Assembly: GCA_013387205.1 (NCBI GenBank)
Contig: WARV01000024.1
Span: forward strand, 11,283 to 75,282
Direction of reading: 5' to 3'
DNA: 64,000 bases
From: Patescibacteria group bacterium
GTDB lineage: Bacteria; Patescibacteriota; Doudnabacteria; UBA920
Program-made: the position numbers and the translations under genes
Part shown: in pieces, positions 1 through 8,641 of the stretch
Layout of the letters: each line of letters starts with the position of its first letter
How positions within the stretch are numbered: position 1 is the stretch's first letter
The notes under the pieces: model-generated
Told to the model about the DNA's origin: nothing
What the model saw: only the letters and a program-made list of their open reading frames with translations
Database searches by the model: none

Positions 1-27
1 CTGACACACGTCAGCTGGCAGTCACTT

Positions 28-71
28 AATATCCATAAGATTCCCATCTGGATGGGAATCTTATGGATATT
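28..71. repeat. Perfect 21-bp-arm hairpin (CCCATC-NN-GATGGG family) downstream of rlmH
   Basis: AATATCCATAAGATTCCCATC-TG-GATGGGAATCTTATGGATATT; related motifs at 16477-16515 and 42968-43005. Confidence 0.85.
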
Positions 72-81
72 TTTATAAAGA

Positions 82-552
82 TTATTTATGATATTCTTTT
101 CCGCTTAGAATTGTGCACGCGCGGTATAATTGTTCTTCCAAAACTACTCTGGCCATATTATGAGGGAAAGTGAGAGGGGATAGGGAAACAGTGTAATTAC
201 TGTATTGCTTTAAAGATTGATGCAGGCCAATTCCGCTGCCCAAAACAAAAACAACTTCTTTGCCAAGCCCGCCAATGCGCTGTAAAAAATTAGAGAAATC
301 TTTGGAACCGCGCAGCGTTCCTTTTTCTTCAAGCAGAATAACAACCCCGTCTTGCGGCAATTGTTTGATGATTTTTTCGGCCTCCTGGAGCTTAATTTTT
401 TCCAAATCTTCATTTTTTCCGTAACCGATTTCCGGAATTTCCACAATCTTTATTTTGGCAAAAGGAGATAAGCGCTTTAAATATTCCGCTTCCAAAGCTT
501 TATAAGCCTGTTCTTTGAATTTTCCAAGCGCGATGATTTTTATTTTGAACAT
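82..552 (-). CDS. rlmH: 23S rRNA (pseudouridine1915-N3)-methyltransferase RlmH
   Basis: SPOUT motifs VFVLGSGIG, SLSPLTFPHNMARVVLEEQLYRA and C-terminal YHK. Confidence 0.95.
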   Translation of the reverse strand: MFKIKIIALGKFKEQAYKALEAEYLKRLSPFAKIKIVEIPEIGYGKNEDLEKIKLQEAEKIIKQLPQDGVVILLEEKGTLRGSKDFSNFLQRIGGLGKEVVFVLGSGIGLHQSLKQYSNYTVSLSPLTFPHNMARVVLEEQLYRACTILSGKEYHK

Positions 553-560
553 GTAGATAT

Positions 561-661
561 ATAATCCTAATAACCCGAATTATTATCCAAATGCCCCAAA
601 TCCATCCTAATGGCCCCATTCATATTCGGGGCATTTGGATGAATTCGTAGATTCGGATTAT
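561..661. repeat. Repeat family A, copy 1 (ATAATCC...GGATTAT termini, internal 9-11 nt CCGAAT-like units)
   Basis: Homologous to 3473-3561, 12538-12624 and 28077-28187. Confidence 0.85.
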
Positions 662-736
662 GTAATGGTATTTACTACTTTATCATAATTCGCTAAAATA
701 TAACAGCAGAAATAAATTAAAACCAAGTACCCAAGG

Positions 737-765
737 CCTGCCCTGCGAAGCCTTGGCGAAGCAGG
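737..765. repeat. Family H hairpin (CGAAGCCTTGGCG type) abutting the 5' end of tRNA-Ala
   Basis: CCTGCCCTGCGAAGCCTTGGCGAAGCAGG; similar units at 13384, 18131, 19215, 19755, 54849 and 54945. Confidence 0.65.
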
Positions 766-838
766 GGCCCGTAGTAAAGTGGCATTACGCGGCATTCGCA
801 TTGCTGAGGCGGGGGTTCGATTCCCCCCGGGTCCACCA
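765..838 (+). tRNA. tRNA-Ala (anticodon CGC)
   Basis: Cloverleaf with GGGCCCG/CGGGTCC acceptor stem (G3:U70), anticodon loop TTCGCAT, GGTTCGATT T-loop and encoded CCA. Confidence 0.95.
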
Positions 839-868
839 AAAACCACCGAGTATTGCTCGGTGGTTTTT
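839..868 (+). terminator. Intrinsic terminator after tRNA-Ala
   Basis: AAAACCACCGAG-TATTG-CTCGGTGGTTTTT. Confidence 0.8.
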
Positions 869-962
869 GTATTTGATGATATAATTTAAGCAAACATTTT
901 GAATTATCGTACTCTTATTCGCGCGAATATGCGCATGGTGACATTATCACGAGGCTAAGATT

Positions 963-1199
963 ATGTTTTACTTTTATATTTTAAAATGCAAAGATGGGAC
1001 GCTTTATAGCGGGATTACGAACGATTTGGAAAAAAGGGGAAAGGCGCATAATGCCGGCAAAGGATCCAAATATGTCTGGGCGCACGGCGGGGGAAAAATG
1101 GTTTACAGCGAAAGGTTCCGCTCAAAATCCAAAGCCTTAAAACGGGAAGCTCAAGTGAAAAAAATTTCGCGGGCAGAAAAACTCAAGCTGATAAAATAA
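963..1199 (+). CDS. GIY-YIG nuclease family protein (UPF0213/YazA-like)
   Basis: YFYILKCKDGTLYSGITNDLEKR...HNAGKGSKY...ALKREAQVK. Confidence 0.9.
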   Translation: MFYFYILKCKDGTLYSGITNDLEKRGKAHNAGKGSKYVWAHGGGKMVYSERFRSKSKALKREAQVKKISRAEKLKLIK

Positions 1200-1240
1200 A
1201 ACTACACTTTTTCACGGCCGTGAAAAAGTGTAGTTTTATT
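1195..1240. repeat. Perfect 46-bp loopless palindrome between converging genes
   Basis: AATAAAACTACACTTTTTCACGG|CCGTGAAAAAGTGTAGTTTTATT. Confidence 0.9.
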
Positions 1241-1247
1241 ATTGATA

Positions 1248-1817
1248 TCACAAAGTTTTCTTGAGGTGCTTGGCAGCCAGTATTTCTATTGTAATAATAA
1301 CGCCCACGAAAATTAAAATAAAAAATTCCGCGTACTTGAAATAGTGCTTTAATAAAACATAAGAAGCACTAAACGCAAACCCAAAAAATCCGATAATTAC
1401 CATCCAAATCAGCACCACCCACAGGGCTGTTTTTAAATATTGCCTAAAGGGAACCTTAAGCATCCCGGCCCTGGCCAAAATAGCACGATGCAAGCCGTAA
1501 ACAAATTTAGAAACCATGAGCGTGCGGAACAATTTTTCAAAAAAATGCCTGTCTAAAATTCCAACAGCATTATTGGTAAATCGGGAAATTTTCTTAAACC
1601 TGTTTATGTTTAAGCCAATCCAATACCACAGCAATTCTTCCAAATACGCGCCGCTTAAAACGGCAAAAAATGCAGGAGCGAAACTTAAAGTTCCCTGGGA
1701 AACCAAAAAACAGGCGGTTAAAAGCGTTAAAGTGGCCTCGAAAAACATCCCCAAAAAAAGCGAAAGATAAAGCCAGGCTCTAACATCCTGATTTTTAAGA
1801 ATTTCAAAAAAATCCAT
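1248..1817 (-). CDS. DedA/VTT-domain membrane protein
   Basis: Hydrophobic segments; motifs LWYWIG and SKFVYGLHRAILARAGMLKVPFRQYL. Confidence 0.8.
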   Translation of the reverse strand: MDFFEILKNQDVRAWLYLSLFLGMFFEATLTLLTACFLVSQGTLSFAPAFFAVLSGAYLEELLWYWIGLNINRFKKISRFTNNAVGILDRHFFEKLFRTLMVSKFVYGLHRAILARAGMLKVPFRQYLKTALWVVLIWMVIIGFFGFAFSASYVLLKHYFKYAEFFILIFVGVIITIEILAAKHLKKTL

Positions 1818-1843
1818 AGGTAACTATATTATAGCAAAATAAA

Positions 1844-1937
1844 CCCCGCTCTTTCTTAAAGTGGATAATCCACCGCTATCCATCAATTAATGTTTGACGA
1901 ATAGGCAGCGAATTATCTATATGAAGAAAGGGCGGGG
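1844..1937. repeat. MITE-like element, family J copy 1 (terminal repeats CCCGCTCTTTCT/AGAAAGGGCGGG)
   Basis: Same termini at 3654-3750; the two copies bracket murA. Confidence 0.7.
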
Positions 1938-1945
1938 CAGTCCTT

Positions 1946-3469
1946 TTAAAAGCTATGGAGATTTTCTATCTTGGCTCCCAGCTTTTTCAGGCGGTTCACC
2001 AAGTCTTCGTAGCCGCGATTTATGGAATAGACATTGCGCAAAACTGACGTACCTTTGGCTGCCAGCATGGCAATTAAAATTATGGCTGCCGGCCGCAAAG
2101 CCGGAGGACAAATAATTTCTGCTGGTTTAAATTCGCTGGGGCCTTCCACAAAAACCCTGTGGGGATCGGCCAAAATAATATTGGCGCGAAGCTTGGTTAA
2201 TTCCATATAATAGATAGCCCGATTTTCATAAACCCAGTCATGGATTAAAGTGGTGCCCGTGGCTTTGGCGGCAATCGGCACGAAGAAGGGAAGGTTGTCT
2301 ATGTTCAAACCGGGGTAGGGCAGGGGATGGATTTTTTCCTCTAAGGCCAAAAGGCGCGATGGATAAGTTTTTATATCGGCCAAGTTTACGTGCCCGTTCA
2401 AGCCTTTGTATTTTTTCAAAATTTTATATTTAAAACCCATCTTTTCCAGTTTCAACAATTCCACTTCCAAAAAATATATCGGGCATCTTTCAATAGTAAT
2501 AGAAGAATCGGTAGTGGCGGCCAAAGACAAAAATAACATTGACTCAATCGGGTCTTCGCTCAAATAGTAACTGGTCGGATGGTTGATATCAGGCTTGCCG
2601 TACACAGTCAGTGTAGACGTGCCAATGCCTTCGATTTTTACGCCTAAGGCAGAAAGGAAATGGCACAAATCCTGTACCATGTAATTTGAAGAGGCAAACT
2701 TGATAACTGTCTTGCCGGGAATTTTACTGGCAGCCATAAGCGCGTTTTCCGTAACCGTATCGCCCATTTCATAAAGCGGGATTTCCGCAGCAGATAATTT
2801 TTCCACACTGACTTCATAATGGTCGTGGGTGGTGTTTATTTTAACTCCCAAATTTTCCAAAGCGAACAAGTGCGGACGCACGGTCCTGGCACCAAGTTTG
2901 CATCCGCCGGCCAAAGGCAGGGAAAAACGCTTAAATAAATGGATTAGCGGGCCAAGAAGCATGAGCACGCTCCTGGTCTTAACCGCTGCTTCAGCATCAA
3001 GCCTGCTTAAATCAAGTTTTTTTGGAGGATTCAACTCCAAATCCGGACCAACCCATTTTATGGCCACCCCTATACTGGTTAGCACTTCCACCAGGCGATG
3101 AACTTCTTCTATGCGAGGCACATTTTTTAAGGTGGTTTTTCCGGAATTAAGCAAGGAAGCGCAAAGTAAAGCCACAGCCGCGTTCTTGGATGTGTTAGTA
3201 GTGACTTTTCCGGACAATTTATGGCCGCCCTGAATTCTAAAGTTCACAGACTGGTCAGCCAAAGTGATAATTTCACGGTTTAAGACGCTGGAGATTTTAC
3301 TAAGCATCTCTGTGCTGAAGTTCTGCTGGCCTTTTTCCATCCTGGCCACTGCGCTTTGCGAAGTTTTCAAGGCTTTGGCGAATTCACCCTGGGTTAAGCC
3401 TTTTAACTCTCTTAACTCCGAAATGAATTTTCCTATTTTTTGCTGTTCTTGGATTGAATTATTTTTCAT
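1946..3469 (-). CDS. murA: UDP-N-acetylglucosamine 1-carboxyvinyltransferase with N-terminal XRE HTH domain
   Basis: N-terminal LRELKGLTQGEFAKALKTSQSAVARMEKG; MurA motifs SKNAAVALL, GGCKLGART and RGYEDL. Confidence 0.93.
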   Translation of the reverse strand: MKNNSIQEQQKIGKFISELRELKGLTQGEFAKALKTSQSAVARMEKGQQNFSTEMLSKISSVLNREIITLADQSVNFRIQGGHKLSGKVTTNTSKNAAVALLCASLLNSGKTTLKNVPRIEEVHRLVEVLTSIGVAIKWVGPDLELNPPKKLDLSRLDAEAAVKTRSVLMLLGPLIHLFKRFSLPLAGGCKLGARTVRPHLFALENLGVKINTTHDHYEVSVEKLSAAEIPLYEMGDTVTENALMAASKIPGKTVIKFASSNYMVQDLCHFLSALGVKIEGIGTSTLTVYGKPDINHPTSYYLSEDPIESMLFLSLAATTDSSITIERCPIYFLEVELLKLEKMGFKYKILKKYKGLNGHVNLADIKTYPSRLLALEEKIHPLPYPGLNIDNLPFFVPIAAKATGTTLIHDWVYENRAIYYMELTKLRANIILADPHRVFVEGPSEFKPAEIICPPALRPAAIILIAMLAAKGTSVLRNVYSINRGYEDLVNRLKKLGAKIENLHSF

Positions 3470-3472
3470 TTT

Positions 3473-3561
3473 ATAATCCTAATGCCCCGAATTTTTATCC
3501 GAATGCCCCAAATGAGTCCTGTTTCGGGTCATTTGGATAGGATTCGGATAATTCGAATTAT
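3473..3561. repeat. Repeat family A, copy 2, ending 3 nt upstream of the murA ATG
   Basis: ATAATCCTAATGCCCCGAAT...ATTCGAATTAT. Confidence 0.85.
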
Positions 3562-3562
3562 G

Positions 3563-3650
3563 TTTATATCACATATGAGATAACAATAATAATTTACCAA
3601 TTCCAGCAGCTTTGGTCAATACAATAATCCACAATTTATATCATATATGA
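3563..3650 (-). promoter_or_regulatory. murA promoter (TTGACC-17-TAAATT) flanked by two putative operators
   Basis: TTTATATCA(C/T)ATATGA at 3563-3578 and 3635-3650; -35 at 3614-3619, -10 at 3591-3596. Confidence 0.55.
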
Positions 3651-3653
3651 CAA

Positions 3654-3750
3654 ATCCCGCTCTTTCTCCTTCTAAAAAAACAACAAAGAAACATGCATTG
3701 CTTTAATCAGCGCGGTAAAAAAATATTTACAATGAAAGAAAGGGCGGGAT
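3654..3750. repeat. MITE-like element, family J copy 2, followed by a related GC hairpin at 3757-3797
   Basis: ATCCCGCTCTTTCT...AGAAAGGGCGGGAT. Confidence 0.7.
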
Positions 3751-3826
3751 GACAAAACCCCGCCCTGAGCAAACCCGAATGGGTTGAAGGGCGGGGGTAG
3801 TAAAACCTTAAGTTAAATTGGTGTGT

Positions 3827-4051
3827 TTAGAAATGCAAAATTTTATCAAACCAATTTTCCAAATAATGTGTTTGCAAATTGGTATAATAAATAACCAACA
3901 CACCTGCCAAATATATTACATTTAAAGCCAATACCCTAAGCAGGTCATGCTTAATTACGCGGTATTCCGCGGCATGGTTTAAATACGCATTGGATGTTTT
4001 TTCCGGACTGCCGGATGAAATTTGCTGTTGTTTCTTGTGCTTTTTGCTCAT
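3827..4051 (-). CDS. Hypothetical small membrane protein
   Basis: 74-aa ORF with a basic N-terminus and one TM helix. Confidence 0.65.
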   Translation of the reverse strand: MSKKHKKQQQISSGSPEKTSNAYLNHAAEYRVIKHDLLRVLALNVIYLAGVLVIYYTNLQTHYLENWFDKILHF

Positions 4052-4171
4052 ATACGAATTTATTGATACTAATATACGAATTAATGCTAATGATACTAAT
4101 GGCTACTAATGCGTACTAAGAAAGAATTAGTTATACATTCGTTTCATTAGTATTCATTGGTAGATTGGTAT
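4052..4171. repeat. Repeat family C, copy 1 (ACTAAT/ACGAAT arm versus ATTAGT/ATTCGT arm)
   Basis: Homologous to 28448-28564 and 47918-48035; shared core ACTAATGCGTACTAAGA. Confidence 0.8.
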
Positions 4172-4179
4172 CTTTATTG

Positions 4180-4536
4180 TTAAAACTTAAGTCCGCCTTC
4201 CCTGGCCCCTTCAGCCAAAGCTTTTACCCGGCCATGGTACGCGTATCCGCCGCGGTCAAAAACTACGGTTTCAACGCTTTTCTCTTTGGCTTTTTTGGCA
4301 ACCAGCTTGCCGACTTCGGAAGCAATCTCCGACTTTTTGGCTTTGGATTTAATCTCCATGCTGGAAGCGGCTGCTAAAGTCTTACCGCTCTGGTCGTCGA
4401 TCACCTGGGCATAAATATGGCTGTTGGCCCTAAAAACCGATAATCTCGGCCTCTGGCTGGTGCCGCTAACTATACTGCGGACCCTGGCGTGCCTTCTGGT
4501 TCTTTTAATAATTTTGGCTGCGTTGGAATTTTTCAT
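4180..4536 (-). CDS. rplR: 50S ribosomal protein L18
   Basis: [20 protein letters not shown]; [28 protein letters not shown]. Confidence 0.98.
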   Translation of the reverse strand: MKNSNAAKIIKRTRRHARVRSIVSGTSQRPRLSVFRANSHIYAQVIDDQSGKTLAAASSMEIKSKAKKSEIASEVGKLVAKKAKEKSVETVVFDRGGYAYHGRVKALAEGAREGGLKF

Positions 4537-4568
4537 ATCCTATTATCTTTAAAACTAAATTCTTAAAA

Positions 4569-5123
4569 TTATTTGCCGCCTCCGACGACCTTAACAACCT
4601 TACCGGCTTTCCTGACAATGGTTTCATCCGCGTACTTGATGCCTTTGCCTTTGTAAGGTTCCGGCTTCTTGAGTTCCCTGATTTCTGCCGCAAACTGCCC
4701 GACTCTCTGCTTGTCCGCGCCGCTGACAGTAATAACGTTCTTATCTACCGCAACCGTTAGGTCTTTCGGCACCAAAACTTCCACCGGATGGGAAAAACCC
4801 AGGCTCATGGTCAACTTGCCGGCAGCTGCCGCAACCTTGAATCCTACGCCATTGACTTCCAATTTCTTTTCGTAACCTTTGGTAACGCCTTCGATTAAGT
4901 TAAAAATCAAGGACCTGAACAAGCCCCACAAGGCTTTTTCTTTCTTATCGTCCTTCTTTTTTACGTCCACCAAAATTTCTTTTTCCGAAACAGCAACTTC
5001 AACCTTAGGATGGATAAGCAAAGACAAGGAGCCCTTAGGCCCGGTAACGTTCAAAGACGAATCTTTCTTTTCGACTTTGACCCCGGATGGGATGATTACT
5101 GGTTTTTTTCCTATGCGTGACAT
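4569..5123 (-). CDS. rplF: 50S ribosomal protein L6
   Basis: MSRIGKKP...PEPYKGKGIKY. Confidence 0.98.
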   Translation of the reverse strand: MSRIGKKPVIIPSGVKVEKKDSSLNVTGPKGSLSLLIHPKVEVAVSEKEILVDVKKKDDKKEKALWGLFRSLIFNLIEGVTKGYEKKLEVNGVGFKVAAAAGKLTMSLGFSHPVEVLVPKDLTVAVDKNVITVSGADKQRVGQFAAEIRELKKPEPYKGKGIKYADETIVRKAGKVVKVVGGGK

Positions 5124-5182
5124 ATTATTTCAAATACTTATATTAATCCTTAAACTTTATACTTGGTTTAAATAATGATAAT

Positions 5183-5298
5183 TCCGCTGATTTCTCGCGG
5201 ATTACTACGCCCCAAAGGGGCCACTCTGTGGCGGATCTCACGCTGATATAATCTTTCCGCGTGTTATCTGCGTTGCTATCTGCGTCCGTTCCGCGGTT
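5183..5298. repeat. Repeat family G (GCCAC-NNN-GTGGCCCCTTTGGGGCGT within ATCTGCG/ATCCGCG units)
   Basis: Reverse complement matches 19857-19910 and 18255-18305; right arm matches 50681-50721 inside pepP. Confidence 0.8.
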
Positions 5299-5691
5299 CT
5301 ACCAGACCTGGCAAACAACTTCGCCGCCAACCCGCTCTTTCCTGGCCTGTTTGTCAGTCAACAACCCCTTGGGAGTGGAAACGACGGTGATGCCGAATCC
5401 GCTATTAGTCCTCGGGAGTTTTTCCATCGACAGATAGATTCTTTGTCCTGGCTTGCTGACTCTCTTTATTCCGGCAATTACCGGCTCTCCGTCAGATCCG
5501 TATTTAAGTTTTATCTGCAGCATCTTAAAGCGGCCTGTCAGTTCCGAGCAGGTGGAAATAAACCCTTCTTTTTCCAGAAGCTTGGCCAGGTTAGCCTTAA
5601 ACTTGGAATAAGGTAAAACCAGCTCTGCCTTGCGGGCACCGCTTGCGTTTCTTATTCTGGTTAACATGTCGGCTATTGGATCGGTATACAT
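5299..5691 (-). CDS. rpsH: 30S ribosomal protein S8 (start corrected to MYTDPIADML)
   Basis: TDPIADMLTRIRNA, SKPGQRIY, GGEVVCQVW; the longer ORF start is repeat-derived. Confidence 0.97.
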   Translation of the reverse strand: MYTDPIADMLTRIRNASGARKAELVLPYSKFKANLAKLLEKEGFISTCSELTGRFKMLQIKLKYGSDGEPVIAGIKRVSKPGQRIYLSMEKLPRTNSGFGITVVSTPKGLLTDKQARKERVGGEVVCQVW

Positions 5692-5696
5692 AACAT

Positions 5697-5800
5697 TGAT
5701 AATTTGCAGTTTCCAATTTTCAATTTTCAAACTCTTTATTCTATTGAAAATTGATTAATTGAAAATTCCTTGTAAATTGTAAATTGCTAATTGAAAATTA
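5697..5800. repeat. Heptamer-periodic inverted tract (family F; CAATTTT/AAAATTG)
   Basis: CAATTTT units on the left, TGAAAAT/TGTAAAT units on the right. Confidence 0.75.
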
Positions 5801-5804
5801 ATTA

Positions 5805-5999
5805 TTACCAGCTTGCTTTCACCACGCCCGGGATTTCTCCCTTGCTGGCCAGCTCCCTGAAGCAAATCCTGCAGAGGTCAAAATCCCTCATGTAAGCTGC
5901 TTTTCTTCCGCATTTCCAGCAACGCCTGATAACTCTGGTTGAGAATTTGGGCTTTATCCTGCTTCTTTTAGCTTTTGCGATATGTGCTTGTGTCGCCAT
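5805..5999 (-). CDS. rpsN: 30S ribosomal protein S14, Zn-binding type (start corrected)
   Basis: RCWKCGR...[10 protein letters not shown]...[11 protein letters not shown]. Confidence 0.97.
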   Translation of the reverse strand: MATQAHIAKAKRSRIKPKFSTRVIRRCWKCGRKAAYMRDFDLCRICFRELASKGEIPGVVKASW

Positions 6000-6080
6000 A
6001 AATCTATCAAATCTCAAGATCCAAAATTCAAAATCCAAATTGGAAATACAACACTGGTTCTTGGATTTTGGTTCTTTAAA
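6000..6080. repeat. Heptamer-periodic tract (family F; AAATCCA/TGGATTT)
   Basis: AAATCTC-AAGATCC-AAAATTC-AAAATCC...TGGTTCT-TGGATTT-TGGTTCT. Confidence 0.7.
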
Positions 6081-6082
6081 TA

Positions 6083-6622
6083 TTATTTCTTAAATGGGAA
6101 ACTCATTAAACTTAATAATTCTTTTGCCTCTTCGTCCGTCTTAGCCGTAGTAACTATAGATACTTCGAGGCCGAAAATATTTTCAAGGGCAGCAGCCGAA
6201 ACTTCCGGAAAAACCAATTGCTCCTTAAGCCCTAAATGGTAATTGCCGCGTCCGTCAAAACCTTTAACCGAAACTCCCTGGAAATCGCGGACCCTGGGCA
6301 AAGCAACGTTAATCAGCTTATCCAAAAAACTGTACATCCTGTAGCCTCTTAACGTGGTCATGACTCCGACAACCTGGTTCTCGCGGACTTTAAAACCAGA
6401 AATGGATTTGCGGGCCAAAGTCTTAACCGGAGCCTGTCCGGTAATGTTGGTCAAATCGGCAGCAATCGCGTCAATCTTCTTTTTATCTTCCTTAAACTTC
6501 CCGACTCCGGCGCTGACAACCACTTTTATAATTTTCGGCACCTGCATGATGTTGGAGTATTTAAATCTGGTTTTTAAGGCAGGGATTATATTCTTATTAT
6601 ATTGTTCTTGTAATCGTTCCAT
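6083..6622 (-). CDS. rplE: 50S ribosomal protein L5
   Basis: [24 protein letters not shown]. Confidence 0.98.
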   Translation of the reverse strand: MERLQEQYNKNIIPALKTRFKYSNIMQVPKIIKVVVSAGVGKFKEDKKKIDAIAADLTNITGQAPVKTLARKSISGFKVRENQVVGVMTTLRGYRMYSFLDKLINVALPRVRDFQGVSVKGFDGRGNYHLGLKEQLVFPEVSAAALENIFGLEVSIVTTAKTDEEAKELLSLMSFPFKK

Positions 6623-6626
6623 AAAA

Positions 6627-6707
6627 TTAGCTTTTAGTTGATAGCTGATAGCTTTTAGGCCTTAATAATTTTATCCTAATGCCTATAAGCTATCAGCTAA
6701 TACCTAG
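6627..6707. repeat. Heptamer-periodic inverted tract (family F; TAGCTGA/TCAGCTA)
   Basis: TAGCTTT-TAGTTGA-TAGCTGA-TAGCTTT...AAGCTAT-CAGCTAA. Confidence 0.75.
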
Positions 6708-7025
6708 TTATACTGCTTTTCCGCTGGCTTTGGCTACTCTTTGCTTGTTGCCGTTTTCCAAATACTTGTATCCAACTCTGGTGGTCTGCCCGGAATTACT
6801 GTCAACCAGCATTACTTTGGAAATGGGCAGTCCGGCTGGAAAAACAACCTTTTTGCCCGGCTGGCCGGCTTGGCGGCTTTTCTCAAACTTGGTGTGCAAG
6901 TTGATATTTTCCACCACTAACCTTGCGGCTTTGGGTAAGACAGACAAAACTTTGCCGGTCTTGCCTTTGTCTTTGCCAGAAATAACCTTAACCGTATCGC
7001 CTTTTTTAATCTTAAATTTAATCAT
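6708..7025 (-). CDS. rplX: 50S ribosomal protein L24
   Basis: KOW motif IKKGDTVKVISGKDKGKTGKV. Confidence 0.98.
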   Translation of the reverse strand: MIKFKIKKGDTVKVISGKDKGKTGKVLSVLPKAARLVVENINLHTKFEKSRQAGQPGKKVVFPAGLPISKVMLVDSNSGQTTRVGYKYLENGNKQRVAKASGKAV

Positions 7026-7049
7026 ATATTTACTAAATACTAATTTTGC

Positions 7050-7442
7050 CTAAATTACTTCTGGTGCTAATGAAATTATTTTCTTATAGCCGTCTTCAAA
7101 TTCTCCCAGTGCTTTTTCGCGGATTTCCCTTGGGATAGGGCCGAAAATACGGGTGCCTTTCGGTTCGCCGGATTCCTTGTTCACCAAAACGCCGGCATTC
7201 TCGTCAAAACGGATATAGGAACCGTCGGCTCTCCTGGTCTCTTTGCGGGTGCGGACAATAACCGCGTAAACCTTGTCGCCTTTTTTGACCGAGGAGTTGG
7301 GCGCGGCCTGTTTGACTGACCCGGCCACAATGTCGCCTATGCGGGCATACCTGTTGCTGTTCTTGCCGTTAACGCTGAACACGTTGACTATTTTCGCGCC
7401 GGTATTATCTGCTATTTTTATCCAGGAACGTACTTGTAACAT
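7050..7442 (-). CDS. rplN: 50S ribosomal protein L14 (start corrected to MLQVRS)
   Basis: [35 protein letters not shown]. Confidence 0.97.
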   Translation of the reverse strand: MLQVRSWIKIADNTGAKIVNVFSVNGKNSNRYARIGDIVAGSVKQAAPNSSVKKGDKVYAVIVRTRKETRRADGSYIRFDENAGVLVNKESGEPKGTRIFGPIPREIREKALGEFEDGYKKIISLAPEVI

Positions 7443-7521
7443 AGAATTGATTAAATATTTCGGATTTCGGATTGCGGTCCGCCAGCCGGCGGAAATCCGC
7501 AACGCGCAATTCGTATTTGAA

Positions 7522-7767
7522 TTAAATCTTTTTCAAAACTTTAAACTTCTTCTCTTTAGACATGGGGCGGATTGATTCCATAACCACCTTATCGCCTACA
7601 TGATACTCGTTATTTTCATCATGGGCCTTATACTTCTTGGTGATGGTATAAGCCTTCTTGTATTTGGGATGGCGTTTCCTGACATCGACTTTGACAACGA
7701 CTGTCTTGGTCATTTTATCCGAAACCACCATGCCGGTTATTTGCTGCTTTTTTGGTGCTGTATTCAT
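7522..7767 (-). CDS. rpsQ: 30S ribosomal protein S17
   Basis: [14 protein letters not shown]...HPKYKK...RPMSKEKKF. Confidence 0.97.
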   Translation of the reverse strand: MNTAPKKQQITGMVVSDKMTKTVVVKVDVRKRHPKYKKAYTITKKYKAHDENNEYHVGDKVVMESIRPMSKEKKFKVLKKI

Positions 7768-7772
7768 AAACT

Positions 7773-7958
7773 TTAGGCTTTTTGCTTAAGATAAGTTAAT
7801 ATTCTGGCAATATCTTTTTTAATAGCGCCAATCTTGTGCGTGTTCTTAAGCTGGTTTAAGCGCATCTTTACGGACATATCCTGGTATTCCTGCTGTAGTT
7901 CTTCCAGCAAATTGCGGATTTCGGCGTCGGTTTTGGCTTTTAATTCTTTAAACTTCAT
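7773..7958 (-). CDS. rpmC: 50S ribosomal protein L29
   Basis: QLKNTHKIGAIKKDIARILT; operon position. Confidence 0.95.
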   Translation of the reverse strand: MKFKELKAKTDAEIRNLLEELQQEYQDMSVKMRLNQLKNTHKIGAIKKDIARILTYLKQKA

Positions 7959-8093
7959 AGATTTACTTCGTAAATTTTCTACTAAATACTAATTGATACT
8001 AAATGTACTAAATCTTATCCGAGTATACTTAATTGATATCACCGCTGGTATATAGCTTTAGTATATTTCGTATATTTTAGTATTTAGTAGAGA
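7959..8093. repeat. Repeat family B, copy 1 (TCTACTAAATACTAA...TTAGTATTTAGTAGA)
   Basis: Homologous to 11375-11491 and 22847-22992. Confidence 0.9.
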
Positions 8094-8095
8094 TG

Positions 8096-8506
8096 TTATT
8101 TCTCTTTTATTAAAAACTTGCTCTTTACCGGAAGCTTGTAGCTGGCAAGCCTCATGGCTTCCCTGGCCTGGGCTTCGGTCACGCCGTCCATCTCGAACAT
8201 TATCTTTCCTCTCTTAACAACAGAAACAAAGTGGTCCACAGCGCCTTTTCCGCCTCCCATGGGAGATTCGTTTCCGTGCACGGTCACTGGCTTGTCGGCA
8301 AATACCCTAATCCAAATTTTTCCGCCGCGCTGCACGTATCTGGTCATGGCGCGCCTGGCTGCTTCAATCTGCCTGGCGGTAACCCAGGAGCCTTCCATGG
8401 CTTTTAAGGCGAACCTGCCGAAAGATATTGTTTCTCCGGCAGTGGCCTTGCCCCAGGTGTCTCCCCTATGGTGTTTGCGGTGTTTTAACTTCTTTGGAAT
8501 AAACAT
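8096..8506 (-). CDS. rplP: 50S ribosomal protein L16
   Basis: [35 protein letters not shown]. Confidence 0.98.
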   Translation of the reverse strand: MFIPKKLKHRKHHRGDTWGKATAGETISFGRFALKAMEGSWVTARQIEAARRAMTRYVQRGGKIWIRVFADKPVTVHGNESPMGGGKGAVDHFVSVVKRGKIMFEMDGVTEAQAREAMRLASYKLPVKSKFLIKEK

Positions 8507-8514
8507 GATAGTAA

Positions 8515-8630
8515 AATTATTCTAATTATTCTAATTATTCTAATTGACCTAAGTAATGTCTAATAATCTAATGCTTTGGGAATTGGGATTTGTTTAGAAT
8601 AATTAGGTTAATTAGGAATTAGGTTAATTT
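8515..8630. repeat. Nonamer-periodic inverted tract (AATTATTCT x3 ... AATTAGG units)
   Basis: Tandem 9-mers on the left and roughly complementary units on the right. Confidence 0.7.
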
Positions 8631-8641
8631 ACAAACTCTGG

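Noticed and set aside
658-846. 62-aa ORF, and ORFs 34139-34378 and 34145-34357
   Set aside because: They overlap tRNA genes and are spurious.
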